Assembly: GCA_951406725.2 (NCBI GenBank)
Contig: OX597818.1
Location: forward strand, 59,210,001 to 59,274,000
DNA length: 64,000 bases
Source: Octopus vulgaris
Lineage: Eukaryota
Direction: 5' to 3'
Part shown: positions 54,730 to 64,000 of the stretch, one piece after another
Numbering within the stretch: position 1 is the stretch's first letter
Layout of the letters: every line of letters starts with the position of its first letter
The notes under the pieces: generated by a model
The model's input: the letters and a program-made list of their open reading frames with translations, nothing else
Told to the model about the DNA's origin: nothing
Databases searched by the model: none
Made by a program: the position numbers and the translations under genes

Positions 54730-55097
54730 TTACTCTTTTACTTGTTTCATGCTGGAGCACCGCCTTTTTAGTCGAGCAAATCGACCCCGGGACTTATTCT
54801 TTGTAAGCCCAGTACTTATTCTATCAGTCTCTTTTGCCGAACCACTAAGTGACGGGACGTAAACAGACCAGCATCGGTTGTCAAGCAATGCTAGGGGGAC
54901 AAACGCAGACACACAAACACACACACATATATATATATACATATATACGACAGGCTTCTTTCAGTTTCCGTCTACCAAATCCACTCACAAGGCATTGGTC
55001 GGCCCGGGGCTATAGCAGAAGACACTTGCCCAAGATGCCACGCAGTGGGACTGAACCCGGAACCATGTGGTTGGTTAGCAAGCTACTTACCACACAT
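54730..55097 (-). mobile_element. SINE family A
   Basis: Near full-length copy. Confidence 0.9.
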
Positions 55098-55409
55098 CCA
55101 CAACTGTTTATAGATCCAAAAATAAGAAGAGCAAGTCACCTCGGCGCGATTTGTATTATGACAGGACGAAAATTGGAGAAATACCGCTCTACATTTCAAT
55201 GCTTTAACGGCTCTGCCAACTCCAAGACTTTCAGGTTATTAACGCTGTCACTCATAAGCACTATCTATCCAAATTCAACGAAAATCTCATTCTATTTAAT
55301 GATAAACAAGTTTGCTTCATTAACTGCGGTTTCTCTTACTTATTTGTACGTTGTGTACTGCGTATGATTCAATATTCTTCGTGTTTATAAAACAAGTGAA
55401 TCGCTCTCT

Positions 55410-55459
<50 letters not shown>

Positions 55460-55462
55460 ATA

Positions 55463-55533
<71 letters not shown>

Positions 55534-56599
55534 AGCGTGTGTGTTTGTTTCTATGCATGTCTGTATGTGTATGAATGTATGTGCGTAGATGTCTATAGAG
55601 ACATAGATATAAATTTGTGATTATAGCTTTGCATTACTTTTAATAGATTTATTTTATATTATTTGTTTTGTTCATATATTTACTGTAAATGAACTCCATT
55701 CCTGTATGTTGATCATCGAATCTTTCCTCTCCCTCCTTCTCCCCACCCGTTCTCTCTCTCTCTCTCTCTCGATATATCACGATGTCTCTCCCCGAATGAG
55801 GGATTCTGTAGATTGGATATATTTCCTTGTTTTATCTATTTATATATTTTTTCTCTTTTCCACAAACCTCACGTTTGATGTATTAACCTTTTCAGGTAGG
55901 CGTATATATCTTAATGTTTGACTAGATAGGTGCGCCGTAGCTTTGATTTCCAATTTATACATTGCTTTGATTTCTTTTTTATATTATCAGTGTATGATCA
56001 GGAATATTTGTTCACATAGAATTTGTTTTGTGAGTTTCACAAATTGCTGATAAGCTCCATTTTGATACTGATTATTGCGAAAAATCTAATATCAAAGCAT
56101 CGTATATGTCATCAGTATCCGTTATTTATTTATTTATTAAATATTATCTACGCTACAAACATATATTTAGATCAATATATGATTTGAGGAAGTTTACCAG
56201 CTATTTCTAACACGCGGACTGACTATCTAGAATACTTATTTTTATGTAAATGTTTTCCAACCTGTGTGTTGGATGATGTTATTACAGTAACGGGGTGTTT
56301 TTGGACCTTGATAATGATCATGGCTTGTGATGACTTTACGGATTACTGGAAAGGAACAAAATACCAACAACGAATCGTAAAAATAAAATGCTGTTTGCCG
56401 TGATTACGAATGTGTGAATATATCGATTTCTAAGTTACGGTAATGGAATAAGAGATGATAAGCACGAATCACTATACGTTTAAAAATTCTGTCAATTCTT
56501 CATCACCAGAAATATTTTAAGCAATAACGGCAATGTGATGATCGTGTTTTCTAATTGGGTGATTGAGACATTAAATGTTCATGGTGTATTCACATGCTG

Positions 56600-57400
56600 T
56601 ATTCACACGAAACTGGAAGATTACAACATTGTTTTATTCACTTAGATTTACATGAATACACTTTTATCGCCTTCAAAATATGCTCTGTTTGAAGCAATTC
56701 ATCGGTCCAGACGCGTTTTACACGGTTCGAAGCAGTTCTCAAGCTCTTGCGAAGTGATGCTTTTTAAAGCCTCCGTCGATTTTTTTTCTTCATATATTCC
56801 ACATCTGCAAATTCATAGCACCAGTTTTTGTCACCATTGACGACCATGGAAAAAAGGTCCCGATCAATTTCCGACTGTTCTTTCCGTTCACGACACGGAA
56901 TCGGTCGTAACTACTTTTGATCTTTTGTGATGAAGAGAGGCACAGATTTTGCTGCAAATCTTTTCTTTCGCAATTCCTAGCTCAAAATTTGTTGACAGGA
57001 GATCCAAGACACACCAGCCTTATCAACAAGTTCATCGATTGTACGGAGACGGCTCTCCAACGATGCTTTCATTCGTTCTGGAGGTCGATGGACGCCCTGA
57101 ACAAGGTTGGTCTTCAAGCAACAAATGGCCATTCCTAAAGCGTGGAAACCCCTCATGAATTTATGTTTTGCCCATGGCAATGTCATTGTAAGCTGTTTCA
57201 ATGATGACAACTGTTTCGGCCACCATTTTCCTCAGCAGAAAACAGAATTTCACAGGAATACACTGTTCCCTCATTACAGTCATAGCAAAAATCAATGGAC
57301 AGAGGAGAAATACTACAAATCAAAGACGGTCCACGTCACGTGAAATTGTCGGTCGACATACTTATGCCTTAGGGTCGCATTAAATAGTTTCTTGTGGCGA
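56600..57400 (-). pseudogene. Internally deleted mariner transposase relic
   Basis: Frameshifted MGKT..FRNGHLLLEDQPCSGRPSTS..RTIDELVDKAGVSWISCQQILS (HTH) joined to the C-terminal ..RLDR*IASNRAYFEGDK. Confidence 0.8.
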
Positions 57401-57673
57401 AAGCCTGAAAACCAACGAGTTTGTCCCACAGACAACGTCTCCGGTACGTATGTGAGTGAGATTGTATGCAAACGCATAGCATTGTGTGTTTGAATGAATA
57501 TAGGTTTGGAAGTACAAACTTAACAAATGGCTCTGAATATATTGTGCATTTAAAAAAAAAAGTATTCAGCAGATTTTACAACAGTAATTCTATGGCAAAC
57601 AGATTTGTGCATGTCACTTATACAACTCATTGCCACGTCGCCTTCTTATCTTTACCAATTAAAAAAAAACATA

Positions 57674-57763
<90 letters not shown>

Positions 57764-58272
57764 TATATAATATATATCTTTAAATCGCTCTAAAGGAGAC
57801 TACGGCAGCGGTACTGGATATTAATAGTTGTCGCCAAGCTAACAAGGCACTCCAGGAAAAAGGACGAATGCTGCAGTTGATGAGCTCCAAGAGGCCATCG
57901 CGTCTAGTTAGCTATGTGTCACACGAACCTGTGTCCATTATAACATTCGAAAAGGGGATGTCAGCAGCTTCCCCTTGCTGGTCTGGCATCTACAGACTAT
58001 TTGCCCCTTATCAATATAGAGTAGCCGAACCCAGAATTTCTTTTTATTATAGGCATAAAGCCCCAAAACGATAGGACACCACAAGGACAGACAACACAAA
58101 ACGAGGGGTACAGAGAACATATAGTATGAAATATGAATATATAAAAAAAAGAATGAAAAATGAAATGGCTTAGCCGCTCCCCAAAGCAAGCAGTTCCATT
58201 TTACTGTGATAATTAATCATAATTTCATCAGTCTTTTTATACAATCCTACATAACCACGACGTATTCTAACA

Positions 58273-58659
58273 TGGAATGGAAGCACTCCGTCGGTTACGA
58301 CGACGAGGGTTCCGGTTGATTCGAATCAACGGAACAGCCTGCTCGTGAAATTAACGTGTAAGTGGCTGAGTACTCCACAGACACGTGCACCCTTAACGTA
58401 GTTCTCGGGAATATTCAGCGTGACACAGAGAGTCACAAGACCGGCCCCTTGAAATACAGGTACAACAGAAACAGGAAGTAAGAGTGAGAGAAAGTTGTAG
58501 TGAAAGAGTACAGCAGGGATCACCACCATCCCTGCCGGAGACTCGTGGAGCTTTAGGTGTTTTCGCTCAATAAACACTCACAACGCCCGGTCTGGGAATC
58601 GAAACCGCGATCCTATGACCGCGAGTCCGCTGCCCTAACCACTGGGCCATTGCGCCTCC
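58273..58659 (-). mobile_element. SINE family C, full length with 12-bp TSD
   Basis: TSD cgtattctaaca at 58261-58272 and 58660-58671. Confidence 0.92.
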
Positions 58660-59889
58660 CGTATTCTAACAAGTCGTCGAACAACATCACGTTCGGCAAT
58701 GTATCTTACTGGAAGCACAGTCCTGTTAGTTTCCTTTCTGCGGTGTAGCCGTTGGGCTAAGAACAAGTCTTTTGTTGGCCGTCTCTTGGCTAACATCTTG
58801 TATGTCCTGTGTATATTTATCTTTAAATTATTTGAATATTTCTGCTTCTATCCTTGCCAAACGTATATTCGGTGGCATACCTTGCATCGGTTGAAAAATA
58901 TAGGATTTTTATTACATGGGAAAATGAAATTTAATCTTCCTATTTCAATGTGAGCACCGGTGGCGTCAACCAGATTCCTCAAACGGCCAGGGATGGAATG
59001 GATAATCTTCTGAAGGATGTCGTCTGAGATACTCTTTGTAGAACAATATTTTTCTTATTGTACGTCACAATCGTTTCTCCTTGTGCATTTTAAGGGCTGG
59101 GGTTGGTGACGGGTTTCGACTTGGGGGGCGGATTGAACAAAGCAACAGAAGTGGAAACTGGGGACAGAATAAGTCATGGTGAAGCTCCCATGATTCCGTC
59201 ATAATTTTAGGAAATATTCCATCCAATTTATGCTTGTGAATGCGTATATGTTTGCAATGGCGTCTACACGCGTGTGAGCATGAAAAGTATTGCTGAGAAT
59301 AGAAATGTTCTAATGAGATTTCTCTCGGCTAAAGCTAACGAAACAAACATGCAGTTATCTTATGTAACACGAAATCCATGTTTTCCCGTGTAACGACCAT
59401 AGTCATATTCCCAGTTATATAAACATTTGGTAGTTATATAATATTGGTTATTTTCTTTCAATTTTTTATTCTTCTCAGGCATTCAAATATTGTTATTTAG
59501 TCGTGTGATTCCAGTTATTTGCTTAATATGCTTACCAAATCGATAATAACCAACAGTTTGTCAGGTTATTAATATCGTGAGTTACATGTGATTTTAAACA
59601 AATTTTATTACAACTTTGTTTTGCAGTGGGATAAAGTTATTTGCGTCATTACCTGCCGTTTCTGTGGTAACACTTTTTTTTTGTTTTTTTTTTTGTTGTT
59701 TTTGCATCTGATTCTACTTTTATGTATACGATGTTAATAATCAACCTTATCCCTGCTTATACATTTCTGTATATACATAGGTGTATGTAAAATTTTATGA
59801 ATGATCTCCGTATTGTTTTTGAATGTACAAATATATGTGTGCTCGTGCTGATATGTTCATGTGAATGTTGCGTTATAGTGGGTATCTGA

Positions 59890-59915
59890 ACACACACATA
59901 CACATACACACACAC

Positions 59916-59990
<75 letters not shown>

Positions 59991-60180
59991 AATATGTATA
60001 TATGTATATATAAATATATATATATGTATGTATGTATGTACATATATATATATATATATACGTATATACCGTGTGTGAATATATATATATATGCATATAT
60101 ATATATAAATATATGCATATATTTATATGTGTGTGTGTGTGTACGTATATATCCGTGTGTAAATATATATATATGTATAT

Positions 60181-60212
<32 letters not shown>

Positions 60213-60245
60213 GCACACACACATATATATATATTTATATATATT
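59890..60245. repeat. (CA)n/(TA)n compound microsatellite
   Basis: Direct tandem repeats. Confidence 0.95.
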
Positions 60246-60499
60246 TACTCCTTAGAAACATACATTAGAATGTATTTATCTTGATATTTGATTAGACGTG
60301 TGATGCATTGATTCCATTTTCAACATATATATTCTGTGAATTTTCATTATCTATATTTCAGCGAGAGTATTTGTCGGCATAGAAAATTGTTTAGGATTGC
60401 ACAAATATGTAATTTTAGTTTATCTCCTGAACGACACTGAATGTAAAGCCGGCACATTATGAAAATCATTCTAGCAACATCCACTTTTGTATATTTAAG

Positions 60500-61660
60500 G
60501 TGATGTTATACCAATATAAAGGATAAAGCTGATTCCTCATTTATTCCTGATCAATACAAAATCCCACTATTCTGATGCCAGTCGCTGAATTATAGGAAAT
60601 TACTAGAGAGATGGGCACTGAGTCTCTTCAAAATGTTGTGGCACCATTTCAGGGAAATTGACTTTCATTTCCACCAACTGGACAGACCACGAAAAGGTTT
60701 ATGCCTTTAATGCAATTGTGTTTTGTTAGCACTAGTATCAGCCCCAGCTTCTTTATAATCTGTCCTTTTATAACAAATTATAAGTACAAGTACTAGGAAT
60801 TGTATGAAACATTCTAGTGAAGGAGCAAAATGCTAACGGCTAACTTTAAAAATAGCATTCATTTTTGCAATCCTTACATATTTGTAAAGTTCATTATAAT
60901 ATATAACAACAACATTGAATAGTGAGGATGTGTGCTGAATTCCTCTTCTGGTGGATAAAACTGTTTACGTTAGTGGTACAAGTCTTTTGGAAGAACGTTC
61001 GCCATTTTTCAAACACTCTACTACTTGTATATTGTTAATAGCATCCGTTTTGACTGGGACTACATGTGAGATTACATGCGACTTCGATATTAAGTTTCAC
61101 AGAGGGGAAAGGCAACTCGTCTACTGAGATACATGTTTACTTGTTTTGGTGTTGGTATTTTGTAAGTATTTGAATGCAACACAGACCATTTTGAATGTGT
61201 TCTATGAACATCCTCACACTCTCCTTTTCCCACTGCTTGCTCATCAGTCATTAGGTTCTTAGACAGTAGTCCTGGAGGAATTCTATGAGGCAGTTTGTGC
61301 TCCGTTTGTGTATAATGTTTAGATATTAACCCTATAGTTTTCTGCTAGCACGTTGGTTTCATTTTTGTCTGCGAGAATCGTCCGTGATATAGCAAGCAAA
61401 TTTGGTATGGCGCTCTGACTTTTCATAGTGCTTTTGAATATACGTAATAACGATCTCTTGTAACATGTCGGCCTACCCAACCATTAGGCCCTCTCAAGTG
61501 TTTTCTCATTAGACAACTTGCCTACAGCTATGGTGAAAGATCCCGGGTCAGTTACATGTGTTTAACTATTGCTGTCGGCATAGAAGTCTCCCTTTATTGA
61601 ATTCATCCACGGTGCATCAAGAATGTAGCTCTTTCATTCGTTCCCGAATTTCAATCAGAA
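60500..61660 (-). pseudogene. Possible very old LINE (APE-domain) relic
   Basis: Scattered minus-strand remnants IKGDFYAD and NG..CLIEFLQDYCL; many stops. Confidence 0.3.
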
Positions 61661-61777
61661 GGATGCAAGATATTGAGAAGTAGCTTTTTAAAACTGTGAT
61701 ATGTTTCATCGTCCTCTATCTGTATAAAGTATGTGAGTTAAGAGGAATCTTGCAATATATATACACAGGGTTCTTAA

Positions 61778-62365
61778 GGCGGCGAGCTGGAAGAAACGTT
61801 AGCGGGCCGGGCGAAATGCTTAATGGTATTTCGTCTGTCGTTACGTTCTGGGTTCAAATTCCGCCGAGGTGGACTTTGCTTTCATCCTTTCGGGGTCGAT
61901 TAAATAAGTACCAGTTATGCACTGAGGTCGATGTAATCGACTTAATCCCTTTGTCTGTCCTTGTTTGTCCCCTCTATGTTTGGCCCCTTGTGGGCAGTAA
62001 AGAAATAGGTATTTCGTCTGTCGTTACGTTCTGAGTTCAAATTCCGCCGAGGTGGACTTTGCTTTCATCCTTTCGGGGTCGATTAAATAAGTACCAGTTA
62101 TGCACTGAGGTCGATGTAATCGACTTAATCCCTTTGTCTGTCCTTGTTTGTCCCCTCTATGTTTGGCCCCTTGTGGGCAGTAAAGAAATAGGTATTTCGT
62201 CTGTCGTTACGCTCTGAGTTCAAATTTCGACTTTGCCTTTCATCCTTTCGGGGTCGATAAATAAAGTACCAGTTTCGCACTGGGGTCGATATAATCGACG
62301 TAATCCCTTTGTCTGTCCTTGTTTGTCCCCTCTATGTTTAGCCCCTTGTAGGCAGTAAAGAAATA
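61778..62365 (+). mobile_element. SINE family B trimer (183-bp tandem units)
   Basis: Units start at 61825, 62008 and 62191. Confidence 0.92.
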
Positions 62366-63089
62366 TATATACAGGATTCTTCAAAGCTTATTCTGCGCTA
62401 GCGAAAATTTCCACTCAACGCCCTGAGATATTTTAGAGTAATTAAAAGGTTGGTGGGAGAGAAGAATCACAATAAATATTTGGTAATTTATTCATACGAT
62501 TTAAATGATGAAGTGTGAACACATTATTCTTCTTGCACTTTGCTATGGAGGCTTAATTTCCAATATAGAGGCACACAGATTATTGTTGTTCTATCCCTAT
62601 TTTGTTTTTCATCTAGCTTCCTTCCATTCTTCTGCGAAATGTGGTTTCAGATATTTCTACATTTGAATATATTCTACAATTCTTTGTGTAAACTCGGCAA
62701 TAATTGGAGAGACAAGAATTTTGTGAATGCGGCAGTGGTTTAATTACATTTTCAATTTCTAGAAGCTTTTTGCAAGTACTCAGTCTTTTTACCAGATCGA
62801 TTTACACCACGAGAGCAAGCCTTTTTGTTTTAAAGAAAGATGCTTGTTCCCGAAGCTGTTTCGCCCTTAAAAGTGATTAAGTTGTGGTGAGATTTCTCCC
62901 AAGATTTTTAAAAACTTATTCATATATGCAGCAGAAAAATCTTCACGGTCTTTTCCGTTGCGTCCACGTAGATCTTAGCTTAGATGCAGAGCCAAAGTAA
63001 AATGAGTAGATTTTTTTACGTCTTTACACAGAGCTTATTGGTGATGCAGTGCTGTTTCTGTTTTGGTGGAGGTGGTATTAATTTCCGCA

Positions 63090-63496
63090 TGGCGGCGAGC
63101 TGGCAGAAACGTTAGCACGCCGGGCGAAATGCTTAGTGGTATTTCGTCTGCCGCTACGTTCTGAGTTCAAATTCCGCCGAGGTCAACTTTGCCTTTCATC
63201 CTTTCGGGGTCGATTAAATAATTACCAGTTACGCACTGGGGTCGATAAAATCGACTTAATCCTTTTGTCTGTCCTTGTTTGTCCTCTCTCTGTTTAGCCC
63301 CATGTGGGTAGTAAAGAAATAGGTATTTTCGTATGCCGCTACGTTCTGAGTTCAAATTCCGCCGAGATCGACTTTGCCTTTCATTCTTTCGGGGTCGATA
63401 AATTAAGTACCAGTTACGCACTGGGGTCGATATAATCAATTTAATTGTTTGTCCTCTCTGTGTTTAGCCCCTTGTGGGTAGTAAGAAATAGGTATT
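63090..63496 (+). mobile_element. SINE family B dimer
   Basis: One head and two body units. Confidence 0.9.
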
Positions 63497-64000
63497 AATT
63501 TCAGCGGAGTTGCTGATCGTTTTAGTGGAACTCCACGTGGTATGAGGCATGGTTTTTTTTGTATAGTAAATCCGGACTGAACAACGTTAGGTTGGTACAT
63601 AAAAGGTGTTTCTCCTATTTATAATAGGAGAAAGAAACAGTTACTGATTTAGGTTGGGGGCATCGGTATAAATGTTGAAGAAAATATCCAGAAAGAAATT
63701 TTTAAACGGTCCTATACGCTTGAACATCTGATGTATGTATATATCGCACATCTATGTATGTATGCTTACAAGTAGTGCAACCGGGTTTACACATTCTACC
63801 AAATTCAGTCGTAAAAATAAAGATCAGTACAGGTCTATTATAGAAAACGCTTGCCCAATGTGTCGCAAGGGGGATGGGACCCAAAATTAAATGATTGCAA
63901 AGCGAGTCTCTTAAGAATACAGCCATGTCTTCGACTATCTGTCACAGCTAATTACATGACTCTAAACATGTGTTATATCAGAAACCAATACGAATGGTCA

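Noticed and set aside
61825-62365. Regularly spaced repeats resembling a CRISPR array
   Set aside because: Whole 183-bp units repeat with no unique spacers; eukaryotic SINE tandem and no cas genes.

Overview
AT-rich, microsatellite-saturated eukaryotic DNA with no intact protein-coding gene. Its SINE/LINE families and its (TA)n/(CA)n load look like a coleoid cephalopod (Octopus-like) intron or intergenic region; this is inferred from repeat content only. Almost all ORF-track entries are microsatellite or SINE translation artefacts. Supportable content: three tRNA-derived SINE families (about 30 copies), 3' fragments of CR1/L2-like, RTE and R4/Dong-like LINEs, Tc1/mariner relics and MITEs, a piggyBac-like MITE, two non-autonomous Helitrons, a Helentron-type element, a decayed CCHC ORF1/gag relic, and two candidate plus-strand small exons (9460-9543, 50782-50812). 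The most notable signal is a set of about 10 minimal type I hammerhead-ribozyme motifs from several unrelated Penelope-like terminal-repeat families. Most abut (TA)n tracts, and most have a palindromic stem III. The 3-8 tertiary core pair appears as C3-G8, U3-A8 and G3-C8 in different families. All folds were assigned by eye; nothing was computed or searched.
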